Below the pieces are notes generated by a model, which was not told the origin of the DNA, ran no database searches, and saw only the letters and a list, made by a program, of their open reading frames with translations. Below, piece by piece: positions 27,009-41,395 of a stretch of 64,000 bases of DNA (positions are counted from its first letter, which is position 1; every line of letters begins with the position of its first letter). The position numbers and the translations under genes were made by a program. The stretch is from the human T2T-CHM13v2.0 reference genome, Homo sapiens. The stretch lies in the NCBI RefSeq assembly GCF_009914755.1, contig NC_060933.1. One strand, written 5' to 3'.

Positions 27009-27142
27009 GGTCAGGGAGGTGGCCTATCATCCCAGCACTTTGGGAGGCCAAGGCAAACGGATTACTTGAGCCCAGGAATTGGAGACCAGCCTGGGCAACA
27101 TGGTGAAATCCTGTCTCTACAAAAAATACAAAAATTAAAAAA
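27009..27142 (+). mobile_element. Alu left monomer (FLAM/AluJ)
   Basis: CCCAGCACTTTGGGAGGCCAAGG..TTGAGCCCAGGA..TCTCTACAAAAAATACAAAAATT. Confidence 0.88.
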
Positions 27143-29656
27143 GGAACATTGGGTAAATGTATAGTATGAAACACCTACATTAGAAAAGGAAAGGTCTCAA
27201 ATTAATAACATCAGCAAATTCCCTAATAAAATTAGAAAACTAAGAGAAAATAAAGTTCAAAATAAATAAAATAAATAATAATAATGTGGGTGCAAATCAA
27301 TGATGAGAATGCATAAAACAATAAAGAAAATCAATGAAACAAAAGGCATCCCTTTGAAAAGATCAATAAAAATGATACATTTCTAATCTAACAGATTAAG
27401 AAAAAAGAGAGAAGATCACACCTTACTAATAGCAGTAAGAAGAGAGGTGACACCACCACAGATTATGTATGTATATTAAAAGACAGACATGGTAACATTA
27501 TGAACAACTCATTGTCAATAATCTCAGCAATTTATGAGAAGTGGACAAATATCCTGAAAGATGCATACTACCAAAGCTCATTCAAAAAGTAGATAACCTA
27601 AATAGCTACTTACAATTAAAAAACCTAAATTGGTGATATAAAATATTGTAACAAAATAACCTCTAAACTTAGATACAGTCACAGGGAATTTTATAGTACA
27701 TTAAAAATATTAATTATTTATTAACTTTTCCCAAAAATGAAGAGGAGGAATTAATTTTCAGCTTATTCTTTGAGGCTAGAAAATAGGTAGCAAAATAAAG
27801 CAAAAGTATAAAAAGAAAAGTACAGATACATATTCTTTGTGAATACAGATATAAGAATTCTAAACAAAATATTAGCAAATCATATTCAACAATATGTTAA
27901 AAGGATAATGAAAAATGACCATGGACAGTTAAGTCACCAATTTAAGACTGTTTTAATATATAAGCATCAATCAATGTAATTCACTCCATTAACAGATTAA
28001 AGAAGAAACTATTGATCATCTCTTATAGACACATAGAAAGCATTTGGAAAAATACAAATTTCATTTCTGATAGAAACTTTAAGCAAAGTAGAAACAGAAA
28101 ATATCTCAAACTGATCAAGGGCATCTATGAAATCCTGACAAAAAATATTATATTTAATGGTGAAACACTGAATACTTTCTTCCACATATCAGGACAACAA
28201 TGGAGATGTGAGGTCTCACCACTTCTATTCAGTATTGAACTGGAAGTTCTAATCATGCAATTAGCCAATAATAATAATAATAATAAGGGGCATCCAGTTT
28301 AGAGATGAAAAACTAAAATTTAATTCTCATATGAATTTATTCTTTTTTTCAAAAAAATTCTGTGGAGATTACAAAAAACAAATCAAAGTAAATAAACAGA
28401 AGCAGCTTCTAAAATAAACAGTTTAGATATTGCAGGTTCTAAAATAAATACAGTACAATCTACTGAGTTTTTGTACACTAACAATCAGAAATTCAAACAA
28501 AAACACCTATACAATTTAAAATAGTATAAAATACACCTTCAAAGGGATTGATCCAACAAAAGATCCACGAATCCAATACAACCAAAGATACACACTGAAA
28601 ACCATAAAGACTCCTGAGAGAAATGAAACATTAAATAAAAAACCTTGTTCATGTGTTTAAAGTCTTCGCATTGTTAAGATGTAGAATTGATATCTTGATA
28701 TACTGATATATATCTCAAATTGATATATAGCTTCAACAAAATCTAATATAATTTTTACCAGCTTTTTTTAATATAATTGACAAGCTGATTCTAAAATTCA
28801 CATGGAAATGCAAAAGACATACAATGGTTAAAACACTGAAAAAGAAGAACATTGGAAGACTAACACCGTATGATATAAGACTACAACAATCAAGATAATG
28901 TGGTAGTGTCATAAAAACACACTAGCAAATCAATAGAACCTAATAGGCCAGAAATAGACCAAATCATGTATATGTAAACTGATTTTACATCAAAATGCAA
29001 AGAGAATTCAGAGGAGAAAGGATATTTTTAATAAATGGTATTAGGAAAGTTGGAGATACGTATAAATAATACACTATTGATTCCTATCTCACATATTATA
29101 TAATAATTAACTAAAAATGAATCAGTAATTTACTTAAATGTAAAGCCTAAACCAGTAAAAATTCTAAAAGAAAATCTTTACAGCTATTGGTTTAAAAAAG
29201 TAGCTTAGTTTGAACATCAAAAACACAATTTATAAAAGAAGAAAAAAGATTAATTAAATTTCATCAAAATGTAAAATGTCTGCTCTCCATAATACACTCT
29301 TAAAAGAAGGAAAACACAAACCATAGAGTGGAGAAAATGGAATTGTGTCCATAATGTATAATGAATTCTCAAAATGCAATAATAAAACAATCTACCTAAT
29401 AAATATGAGGATGAGAAAATAAAACAGACACAAGATGAATATATCAATAGCACAGATTTGTAAACAAGCTGAACATCATTAGTGTTTAGGGAAATGCAAA
29501 TTTAAAAAATAATATATGCCTACCCATTTATTATAATGGTTAAGATTTAAAAGTTTGGCCATATTAAATCACCATGGAGGAAATGTAGGAACTAGAATTC
29601 TTATACACTCCTGGTAGGAATATAAAATGATACAATCACATTGAAATTCAATTTGG

Positions 29657-29804
29657 GAGATATATCTAATGCTAGATGAGGAGTTAGTGGGTGCAGTGCA
29701 CCAGCATGGCACATGTATACATATGTAACTAACCTGCACATTGTGCACATGTACCCTAAAACTTAAAGTATAATAATAAACAAAAAAGAAAATTAAAAAA
29801 AAAA
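29657..29804 (+). mobile_element. Young 5'-truncated L1PA2-type 3' end
   Basis: AATGCTAGATGAGGAGTTAGTGGGTGCAGTGCACCAGCATGG..ACTTAAAGTATAATAATAAA plus A tail; TSD GAAATTCARTTTGG at 29643-29656 and 29805-29818. Confidence 0.92.
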
Positions 29805-29892
29805 GAAATTCAGTTTGGCAATTTTTTAAAAATTTTGGCAAATTTATCACATATGATCCAGTCATTCTTCTAGGTATCCTTAAAAGAAAAAA

Positions 29893-29896
<4 letters not shown>

Positions 29897-29921
<25 letters not shown>
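29897..29921. repeat. (TA)n microsatellite
   Basis: Read directly from the sequence. Confidence 0.9.
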
Positions 29922-29927
<6 letters not shown>

Positions 29928-30232
29928 AAAAAGACTTGCATACCCATAGTCATTGCAGCTTTTCTAGTAATAGCTAATAAGTTGGAAAACAAACAATGAA
30001 TGCTCATCAACAGGTCAGGTATATAAATCCAATAGAACACTGCTCAGCAGTAATAAAGAATAAACGATAAGTACAACATCATGGATGAAACTCAAAATAA
30101 TTATGCTGAGTGGAAGAAGCCAGACCTAAAAGAATATGTCCTATAAAATCAATGCATATGAAATTCTAGAAAATGCAATTCACTGTCGATAGAGAAACAG
30201 GCAATTGCTGGGAGAAGGGAGGAAGAAGGGAT

Positions 30233-30267
30233 TACACTTGATCTTAGCCAAAAGGCCGACAAGCGAT
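30233..30267 (-). pseudogene. U2 snRNA 5' fragment (nt 1-35), tailless retropseudogene
   Basis: Reverse complement ATCGCTTGTCGGCCTTTTGGCTAAGATCAAGTGTA equals U2 nt 1-35 with one mismatch; flanked by direct repeat AAGAAGGGATTACA (30223-30236, 30268-30281). Confidence 0.93.
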
Positions 30268-30291
30268 AAGAAGGGATTACAAAGGGAAATG

Positions 30292-31005
30292 CAGAGTTGG
30301 CCTCATGGAACGACAACCATTATGGATGCACAGAACCCGTGCTCAGACCTGCCCTGTGCTTGGGGTTTAATGCGATGCTGTAACCCTCTTGAAATTCTTA
30401 TTTTATCTTTGAGTTTTTGTTTTATAAATGGAATCACAAAACGGAACATGTGTGACAACTGAACATGTGGTAGGAGTTTGGAGCCTTGGCTCACACGGGG
30501 CCTCCTGATACCACCCTCTACTGCGACGAGGACAGGTTCTTGGCTGCCCTCTCACGAACTCTGGCACCTTGGGACCCTACCCCAGGACCATTGCCACCTT
30601 TAATCAGGAGTGGAGACCAGGTTGCTTGGGCGGGGAGGTGTATGCAGTGCAGCTGCATCCCTCTGCCCCTGTGGGAGCCTGCGTGCGTGGGCAGAGAGGG
30701 GAGAGGGAGGGCCGGTGTGGCCCAGAGGCGTCTTAGGGAAGGGTAAAGAGAAGACCACTCTGCTTTTGGTTGGCACCACCTCAGCACATTTGACAGGCGA
30801 TCCACAGGGGAGCTCTTAGCTATCCAGATCCAGGAATAGAGCATGTTGCAGGATAGAGGTCGCATTCCTTGGAGGTGTCCGGACCACAGAGATGGGACTA
30901 AGGGACTATGAACCCGTAGAAAGAGGAGATTGACTTCCCTGCACCCCGCAGGGATCCCACATTTTTGCTATGCACTGGTTACTGCAAATTGTATACCTTG
31001 CCCTG
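30292..31005 (+). mobile_element. hAT DNA transposon with MER53-like ends and GC-rich interior
   Basis: CAGAGTTGGCCTCATGG..GTGCTTGGGGTTTAATGC..TCTTGAAATTCTTA at left; CACATTTTTGCTATGCACTGG..GCAAATTG..GCCCTG at right; interrupts the L1 3' UTR. Confidence 0.7.
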
Positions 31006-34000
31006 GGAATTTGTGCTCACTTTTCACATGTTCACTATCTTGATTGTGGCAAGGTTTTCACAGGTATATTCCTTCATCAAAACTTACCAAGTTATAACTC
31101 TTTACATATGTGCAGTTTATTGTATGTCAGATATGCCTTAACAAAGCTGTGGCAGAAAATCCAAGAGCAATGAAAAAATGGGTCAGTTTATTACCCACTG
31201 ATATGTTTGTATATAAACACCTAGTTCTATATATAATTTGGATAGAAGAAGAATATTGTTTTCATACCCATGGAAGGCAAATAATTAGTAGTACTTTTAT
31301 CACGAATGACAGGCTATGCAGCTATCAAACACATAGCTGAGGAAACAACTGCTTTCCATATTATGTAATACAAAATAGCAAATTTACAAAACTAGTTTGT
31401 GCTTGAATCAGGTAACACTATAAGGCCACACTGAAGATTTTTCAAATCATTGCAAGGGATTTTGACTGAAATCCTAGTTAGGTTAAATGGAGGAAACTAA
31501 GTATAAAGGATTTGGAGTTTCTTTTAAACAAATAATTCCAAGGCTATATTTCAAAAAATTAAAACATGGGAGTCCTGTCATTTCTCCCACTGATCTATTT
31601 GCCAGTCAGAATAAAGAAAGTATTAGCAGAATTTTTTTTTCCACCAATTCTATTTCCTGATGTGAGAAATTTTATTTAGTCTAGGAGGCCAGGAAATTCA
31701 CTCCCTAGCATAGCTTTCAAATTAACCTAGCATAGCTGTGGCTGATCATGGCAGAATCTTCTTGTCTTCAAGACACTCTCTTGCTTCCTGTGGCTACCAA
31801 AGAAGGGTGAGATTATCCAATTGAAAGACTGAAAAGGACAACTGTTAATGTGTACTAAAGAGTATTATACATCTGTTTAAGAGAATATGAATTCGGTATC
31901 TCCAAGGCAGAATAATTGTTATAAATATATAAGTAAATATACATATATATGCATACATATATATGAGCATTCATGAACCCGAAAAGCCAAAATATAGCTA
32001 TAAGCTAACACTGTTTAGATAATCAATAATAGGTCTTTAAAAAATAAGCAATATATAATGACAACTACCTTTATAGATGTTCATTATGTATGTAAATGCA
32101 TACAAATATTCACTCAAAATTGATAAAAGGATTATCCTTTTAGAAGTATCTTGAATTGTGGAAGCAGCCTAGTGGAATTGTAATGTTATTTAAGTTTGAA
32201 TTATTTTACAATGTGAATGTTAACATTTGCTGTGTATACCTAAAAATGATTTTCAAAATTACACATGAATGTGCTTTGTAAAAAGTGAACAAAACATATA
32301 AAAAACAAATGACAAAACAAGTGACAAACAAATATCAGAATCATTCACCACAATTAGAGTTATTACTGTCAGTACAGGGATCTGCAAGAGCAAACATGCC
32401 AAAACTGGAATGAGGGTAAGCTAATGAAAGATTTATTAGTAATCCTGGTTATGTATCCTAACCAAAAAGAGAAATAAATGTGTCATTAATGCAGAGCCAC
32501 TTATAGTAAAGGAGCAGTGTGTGTTCTAAAGAGGAGATTTGTGCTCAGAGACCTCCAACACTTCCACAATGAGAGTGCATTTAAAAGAAATCTGCTTTTA
32601 ATATCTTCTTCTATGGCAGAGAATTTATTGACTCATAGAAACTAACATTTGTAGAATGCATCCATTTCCCAGGTATTGTGCTAGGCAGAGAAATTCAAAA
32701 TATATGATGTATCTCTAATTGCCATGAAAAAATAACAAGATGCTTTGATTGAATTACTCTGGTTTCCTCATTATTATAAAAGCCACACTGATATGATTGC
32801 CTAAAAGTTATTGTCCCGTACATTTTTCAGGAATGCTTCATTGATATTTGAATGCAAACTACACATAAAATAAGAAAAAAATGGAGTTGCTATTAGCTAT
32901 GATACATTCCTGGCCTTTTAAAATATGTGTTTGATATTCCATCCATTTAAGACAATGTTTTTCAAATAATGAATGACATATATTCTTTCTCTCCTTCTTT
33001 CTTCCTCAAACAGGGGGTAATGTGGAACTGTTCTAGAACTCTGACTGGACTGAGGCAAAATCTTTAGGCAAAATTATTTTAGCTCTGTGCTTGGTGCTTT
33101 TCCTTAATATTTCACTGGGTTTGAAAATAGAAGATCAAAGTGAAAATCAGTGAAGCTCACCCAAATGTCACAATTGGTTGTACTCATAGTTTACAAGATA
33201 AAATGAACAGACTTGCATGATGTTATCACCAGGACAGTAATTGAAATGCTGATTATGACTGCATACATAGTCAAAAGAAAATGAATGATATTAAAAATCA
33301 TACATAGTCGGAACACCTCTAATACTTTAAGTCCACACAAAGACATCACATATTTACTACGTTTCAGAAATATCATCATTTTTGTCTACACGTAAATTAA
33401 ATGTGCATTTTATGGCATATAAGATAGCAACTCACTTGACATCCTACTCAAATTGAAATTTAAAACATGTTAAATTTATGTTGAATAGTGGCCTCTACAG
33501 GGATAAGAGAGCAGCAGGACTGATTTTTACTGTGGTGTAAGAAAATCTAAATTGTATGTTTAACTTTTTGTATGTCAACTAAATCACATAGTCCATTATG
33601 AAGGGAATAAAATACACAGCATTAGTTTCAGAAAGTACTCTTTTGATCATTTATTAACAAAACTAAAACAACAAACAGTTTTTTCCTCCAAATGAGGCGA
33701 CTGCAGGCCTATTTACTTTGCTTAACAAGAATTCTCTTAATTTTGGATTATTATAGTTTGTCATAATCCAGAATTGGGATGGGATTTGAAGAACAATACA
33801 ATTAAAATGAGAATTAAAGTGGTATCCAGGTTATTTTTAAACAAATAACTTCTACTAAAAGCAAATAAATACATAATACTTAGTCAATGTGTTCCAATCA
33901 GGATACTAGAATGTATTTAAGACAAATGAACAAGAAGGTATCTTTCTGAGTCTTACTGATTCTCACAAAAAGAGTAATCTTATGATATTCTATAGCTATA

Positions 34001-36339
34001 TAAATAATTTCTTCATTAGTGTGTGTGTATGTGTATAATGTATGTGTGTGTGTACATGTACACACACATATATATACACAAATAGATTTAAATAAGAACA
34101 TGAACATGAAACATTTTATGTTTAAATAAAAAAATGAACCTGGAAGTCAGAGGTGAAAAATAATGTGATTGAATTTTTAAAAGCCTTGGATATTTTGGAA
34201 GAGAAATCTTAAAGATGGAGAAATGTATATTAAAACTACATTTGATAATACCAATAATTCATCGTTGCTTCAGAAAAAATAAAAGTGCCGCCAAATGGAG
34301 GGAATTCAGAAATTCCTGAGCAAAGTGCTTGTTGAGATAAATTCCTGAAAGGAAAATTAAACAAACACGCCATTAAAATAGGAAGCTTTTTTCTACAAGC
34401 ATTACACTTAGAGCAGTAAAATAGAGCATGAGATTCAAAGTCTTATTTTTAAAAAAAGAGAGTTTCAAATAAAAGTTGACGATGGATGAGTCATGTCCTA
34501 TTCTTGATTTGGATAAAAGAAATGGCCAAACAAACTGTTAACAGAAATTTAAAGACTACAATACAAGTTCAATAAAGTTGTGAGTTCAACAGACTGAAAG
34601 TCTTGGAAATCCAGTCAGGTAAAGTAACTGGAGAAACTACTGGGGTTCCATATAATGAGTGTTCCAATGGCTGAGAAGGAAATCAGTGCACATATTGTTA
34701 AATTCATTATTGGTTTTGATCATTAGAGCATCTTTCTCCAATTAACCTTTTCTCAGCAAAGTAAATGAGACCCTGATTGTCTGCCATCATTAATGTATCT
34801 TTAGAAAGTTAGCAATTCTCTTCTTTCTCAACAATGACATTTTGAAACTTACTGCTTTTTGTATGGAAAGCACTTTACTTATATTAGGCCATTAATAAAA
34901 CTATCCTTTTGGAAAAAAATAGAAATTTATTTTAAAATTAATATGTTGGTTCTTTTCTTACAAACTTGTACACCTACAAAATAGCAAGATGGACACCCAT
35001 TATAATTTTTTTTCAAATGTTATTGTTATTACTAATTTATTTATTAGAAGAGTTGGAGTAGTGTTCCTGTCTAGAGATTACTCTAATGAAGTCAAATACA
35101 TCTTTTTATTCAAAGCTCAATTTGGAAACAAAAGCAGCTCAGCTGGGATTTATGTAGCTAGAGTTCTAATTAAGAGCATGACCCAAACATGCAGTTATTA
35201 TATTTTAATTGGAAAAGTCCAATCATATAGATTTTGTAAAGGCTTAAAGTGTCTTTACTGAAAAAATCTGTGTTCATATTTTCTATAGGTTCTTTCATAT
35301 ATGTGTCAAAGTTTGATAAAAACATAATTGAGAAATTACTTACTCTTTATAGCAGGCATTCTTTGACCCTGTTATGGGCAATAAGGGCAGTGAGATCTGA
35401 GGATTGCACTGAACAATTTTATAGTAGCAGACAAAGTAGTTTCATTATCACAGGCTCAGTTTTCTCTTGTGAGTCTTAGGCAATTCTTTCACTGTCCTTA
35501 TTGCAGTCAATTCGTTATTTGAACCGCTTTCCTCTGAAGTCATGTTGTTTCATGGAGTACCTTGGTCTGTCCTGATTCCCAAGGCTCCCTTTAACCTAAA
35601 AGTTATTCTGATGGGTCTAAGACAGGGATTCCTCTCAAAATCAATTTGAAGGCTGCAAAGATATTTAGTGTAGTATTTGGAATAAATATTACTTTGAGTT
35701 GAAACACTCATCCCTGAAGGGCAAAAACTAATATAGTCCAAGCAATATGCTGTTGGCAGATCTTAAATAAGCTCTATCCTCTCACGGTTTGAGAGGCAGA
35801 TTGCTTATGCTTCATGAGAGCCAAGCTTCTTGTCTCAGGAACATAAAGAATGAGATTCTGTCCTGAAGGACCATTTCACAAATATTGGAATTTTTATAGT
35901 GTGTCTAGTTTATTTGTTATAATACAAAATATGTTTTTCCAGTGTTTCACAAGTTCAGCACGGGCATCAGATTTTCTCTTGCTCAAGCATATTGCCCAAG
36001 GCAAATATTAGCATTTCTGGTGACATCTTATTTTGGATTATGAAGTGCATCCAAAGTGTGAAAAGGTTCACAGTGAGCAATCTAACTACAGACTCTTTCT
36101 TGAAGATGAGTTACCCCTAAAGTCATTTTTCCCCTTTCAGTAATTTATGCATTGTGACCTGGTATTATTTTTAGATTTCAATTATTTTGTGTATGAATTT
36201 CAACAAAATGTTTTTTACTCCACAACAGAACCCAAATCCAAACCCAAACTCAACTTTATTTGGTAGAAATGTTTTAAGAAATTGACTTTGGATTTGGAAA
36301 ATACTATGAAAAAATTATATGCATATCTCTTCAATATAC

Positions 36340-36700
36340 AACTTATATGTGGATGACTAGATATGCATTTCATAAGCAATGTATAAGATTGCATAATGTG
36401 TTTTGATTTTTGTTACAAATTGCATTATTCTGTTTGAATTAATCTGCATCTTCTCTTCACCAAACTTGTTTTGCATATCTATCCACATTGATATATAAAG
36501 ATCTACTTCATTCTTTTAAATCCCTACATGATACTCTTTTGTTTGAAAATTATCATTGATAGATATTTAGATTGTTTTCTAGCTTTTAGAGTTAAAAAAA
36601 GAAAACAAAAGCAAAGCAAAACCTTGTAACAAACAACTTTGTAATCGTCCCTTTGCAAGGGACACTGGCAAGAGGTTTGTTTTAGGTTAAATTTTCAATT
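36340..36700 (-). mobile_element. L1ME-type fragment (antisense)
   Basis: TATCCACATTGATATATAAAGATCTACTTCATTCTTTT..TTGATAGATATTTAGATTGTTTTCTAG. Confidence 0.55.
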
Positions 36701-36857
36701 TTACTACCATCAATTTCAATTTATTTGCAATTTTGTATTTTAAAAAATAATATCAAATTAAAAATTGCTTTTATTTAAATAAGTCTATTATAGTTAACTG
36801 CCCCTTCAATTTCTTAAACATCTTAAGGCTACTCAACATAATTTTTTTCTAAAAGGA

Positions 36858-36970
36858 TTATATATACATATTTCATATTTAAATATATACAAATATTTTA
36901 TATACTTATATACATATTATATTTGTATATACATTTTACATATGTATTTATATATATTTCATATTTAAAA
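36858..36970. repeat. AT-rich low complexity (TA/TACA)
   Basis: Read directly from the sequence. Confidence 0.8.
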
Positions 36971-38009
36971 ATGTAGTAGAATCTCTTAATGTTTTTCCAA
37001 TGTTTCATTTACTTTTAATGACTGTTTAAACTGTTAAACTCTGCACAATTCAATTACTGATTTACAACCAGACTCAAAACAAAATCTAACACTAACAAAG
37101 TGCTCACTAAATTTCCACTACTGTAGATTAAAAAAAATCTTAATGATACTCTAAGCAAATACAATGACATAAAATCTTATTTATTCATATTAAATATCAT
37201 TAATAACTTGAGGGATCATTTTAATAAATGAACTAAGCAAACGTTTCTTAGGAACAATTCAAAAATAACATCTTTGCCTTACAAGATGATTTTTATACCT
37301 CTTATGTAAGTTGCAAATATATTTGTCTACACCTCAAGCACTGACATATTAACTTTTTACAACCTCAAATATATTTCCATAATATCAAAAACATTATTAA
37401 TAGCAATATGACTTTTCTGTAAAATACAATAAAGATTTACTTAATCTAAGCTGTTATTAAAAAGAAAATGCACTGTGACATCAGCCAACTTGGGAAAGGA
37501 AAATAAACAGAGATAATGTAAATTTAAATTTAATATTATTTTATATAAAAAGGAAAAAGTCACTGGAGTTTAAACCCAAAATTTATTAGTTCTGTAAACC
37601 AGTCTGGTTTTAAAAAGTCTTTAAGCCTTGTCTGAATCACATGAAGTGGTATCTACTGTATTATTCTGCATTTTCTTGGTTGCACATGACCACATCCATT
37701 GGCCTATAGTAGGCATTACTTGTTTTATATTAATAATATGTTAATAAATCCAAGTATCTGAGTGACTTCAAAGGACTTACAATTTGATTGAAAAATTCTA
37801 GCTAGCTTCACAGTGGATTGAAAGTTAAAAAAAGAGAAAATTTCCCTTTACAATTAGTTTGAGTACACTAGTTTGAAAGGGATTATATGCATTTACACAC
37901 ACATATATACTAATAACATGGCAAAAATCCATTGTATAACTAATAATAGCAGTATATTATAATAAAAAGAATAGGAAATTGACCAGTATTATAAAAATTG
38001 AGTAGGGCC

Positions 38010-38308
38010 AGCTGGGTGCAGTGGCTCACACCTGTAATCCCAGCACATTGGGAGGCTGAGGCAGGCGGATCACTTGAGGTCAGGAGAGCGAGACTGGCCT
38101 GGCCAACATGGACAAATCCTGTCTCTACCAAAAATACAAAAATTAGTCAGGCATTGTGGGGGGCACCTGTAATCCCAGCTACTCGGGAGGCCGAGGCAAG
38201 AGAATCACTTGAATCCTGGAGGCTGAGGTTGCAGTGAGCTGAGATTGTGCCACTGTACTCCAGTGTGGTTAACAGAGTGAGACTCTGTCTCAAAAAAAAA
38301 AAAAAAAA
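38010..38308 (+). mobile_element. AluS, sense
   Basis: Full dimer with GGATCACTTGAGGTCAGGAG and A tail. Confidence 0.96.
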
Positions 38309-38715
38309 GATTAGGAATTACATACAAAGGCCTTTTCATAGCCTAGACATCTGGGCAAAAAATATGAGCCTCCCAATAATTACTAATTAATGAAATTTTA
38401 TTTGTTGTTTTCCTTAACATTTCTCTTTTGAAGAGAACATTGATATAATTCCTGAACTACTGATAATTTTGAATTGTTGGCCTGTATTTACTGAATTGAG
38501 AAAACAAAAGCAAATGATCAAAAAAGCTGTTTATTTATAAATTATAAATGGAGTATCACTGATGTGCCAAAATTATATCTTTGCCCCGAAGAAGATCACA
38601 AAATAGATTTGGAAACAATTACATGAAAATAATTACAAAGAATTATACAATACTTGTATGTATATAATTTATTTTACACACACACACAAACACAGAGAGA
38701 GAGAGAGAAGAGCTA

Positions 38716-39093
<378 letters not shown>

Positions 39094-39099
<6 letters not shown>

Positions 39100-39188
39100 G
39101 AAAAAGAAGAGGAAGAGGAAGAAGAAGAAGAAAAGGAAGAAGAAGAAGGAGGAGGAGGAGGAGGAAGAGGAGGAGGAGAAGAAGGAGG
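39094..39188 (+). repeat. Pure-purine (GAA/GAG/GGA)n tract
   Basis: About 95 nt containing only A and G. Confidence 0.95.
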
Positions 39189-41099
39189 TGGTAGGATGAC
39201 AGAAAAATTTGTGGTTGAATTAAACTTAGGGGCCATATACCAAGTTTGATTAAACAGGAGCATAAGTCAGAACTGCTAATCTACACTAGGTTGTTTTCTA
39301 TTTTTTTTACTCTTTTACTACTGTTTTATTTTAAAATTTTATCTCTACTTTTAATATTGGATGTGTACCACAGCTGTCTAAAAAAGTTCTGCCATTCTCT
39401 AAATATTTTGTCTTAGTTTATTTATGAAAATGAGAAAAATTATTTATATTTCAAAAGTTTCTGGAACAGAATTAATGAGTTTATACATGCAGAGAATGTA
39501 TAATTGTCTATGGTACATGTTCAGCACTCAATTAGTAAATAGAATATGAATAGAATTAGAGACACTGGAAGGACATAAAATTAAATATTAGCAGTGCTTA
39601 TCTCTGTATGGTAGTATTACATTTTATTGTCATTCCCACTTCATACACTTTGGTATTTTATATTTCCCAATTTTGTCTATAATGAATATTAAGTTACTTT
39701 CATCAGAAAGATGTTTCTGAATTTATAGTATTGTTTTTACCATTAAGCCTTTTTGCCCTTTAATAGGATTTATAAAAGTTACAGCAGGAGCTCGAGTCCA
39801 GGAGAGCTGTTGGGTTGAACTGACAATTTTTCCTTCTTTTATGTTACTGCACAGTTGAGATTATATGTCAACACTTGTTAATGTATTTTATTCTTCATAC
39901 TTTTCCAGAAATCAAGCAAATGACTATTAAAAAAATGTTGTCTGAGTTTTTTTCCATCATTCCTTCCCCTACCTCCAACTTTGTAGTTTTGTTTTGTTAT
40001 TGTTACTGTTTTCATTGTTGTTTGAGTTCATTTGTGTTCATATTGTTTTCATTTGTTTGTTTATCTGTAGGTCAGGAATCTGATCAAACTTTAGTGATAT
40101 TTATGAAAGAGAAACAGGTGATGCATTCAGTCAGAGTTCTGGTGTATTTTCTAAACAACTCTAATGATGGTGGTTGAGAAATGGCAGAATTATAGGATAT
40201 CCTCCAAATTATTTAGCCCCAGGGGCAATGATCAGAATACTGATAGAAAAACCGAGTTGACTGGTGACCAGAAAGAATATTAAGAATAGTTTAAAGTCTG
40301 TGTCCTCACATAGTCATCATTTCCTCCTTAGGATTCTTTATGACAATTCTATCTTGTTCCCATCTCCTCTTTCTTTTGCTAGGTTTGAAAGTAGGTGAAA
40401 TATTTTAAAAATTTGAAACCCCAACCTACTCACTTTTGAACTCTTCTATCCACTTCCAAAATATTAAAACACAGCCCTTTGACTTGCTTTTACTTATTCA
40501 GGATGCTAGTGGAATGAGTAATCCGATTTAAATTTCAATCCTATCAACACACACACACACTGTCTACCCCCAAGAACTGTCTCTAGAAAGAAACTTTATA
40601 TTCAATACTAGCCATATGTATTTCTTAGAATCATCCAGGGAAAAACCTTGATTTTTCCAGAAACTGAAGTTTTCATATGTAGTATCGGATGGATTTCAAT
40701 TATTTATTTATTGCAGATGAAAAAGAGAGAGGGAGAAGGATTAAACCTTTTGGGAGAGAGTTGGCTGTACATTGTCACTTTGAAATTGAAAATTCTACTA
40801 AATTCAGGTTGTTATTCTTAGAGTTTTAAATCAAAAGCTACTTTCAACAAAATTGTTTTCCTCTTTCAACTGTGTATGGTTTAGATAAAAATTGAATGAC
40901 TGTTTTTGAGTGACTATTGATGAAGTTAACAAAAGATTTTATTAAAATGTTGAGATTCTACATAAATCAAACAGAATCAGAATAAGAAATTAAAGGTAAA
41001 AGAATTATTTACATACCAAAAAAGTGGAACTAGCAATGTCTAACCTTGCCTTCTTTTCAGAAAACTCTGTGTCTGTGTTGCATAAAAGTTCATAAAACA

Positions 41100-41395
<296 letters not shown>

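Larger units (their letters stand above)
25268..31150 (+). mobile_element. Large degenerate L1MD-like element (ORF1 end, ORF2, 3' UTR) hosting several later insertions
   Basis: ORF2 EN start near 26280 (AATGTAACTGGTACAAAT), RT-like IIFNGETLNTF..SPLLFSIELEVL at 28012-28302, 3' end CTATCTTGATTGTGG..ATGTGCAGTTTATTGTATGTCA. Confidence 0.85.

Noticed and set aside
28012-28302. RT-like 96-aa ORF
   Set aside because: Fragment of a heavily disrupted L1 ORF2
40045-40125. T-rich acceptor-like site (TCTGTAG at about 40070) with weak donor CAG|GTGATG
   Set aside because: Weak donor, low-complexity tract and no recognisable peptide
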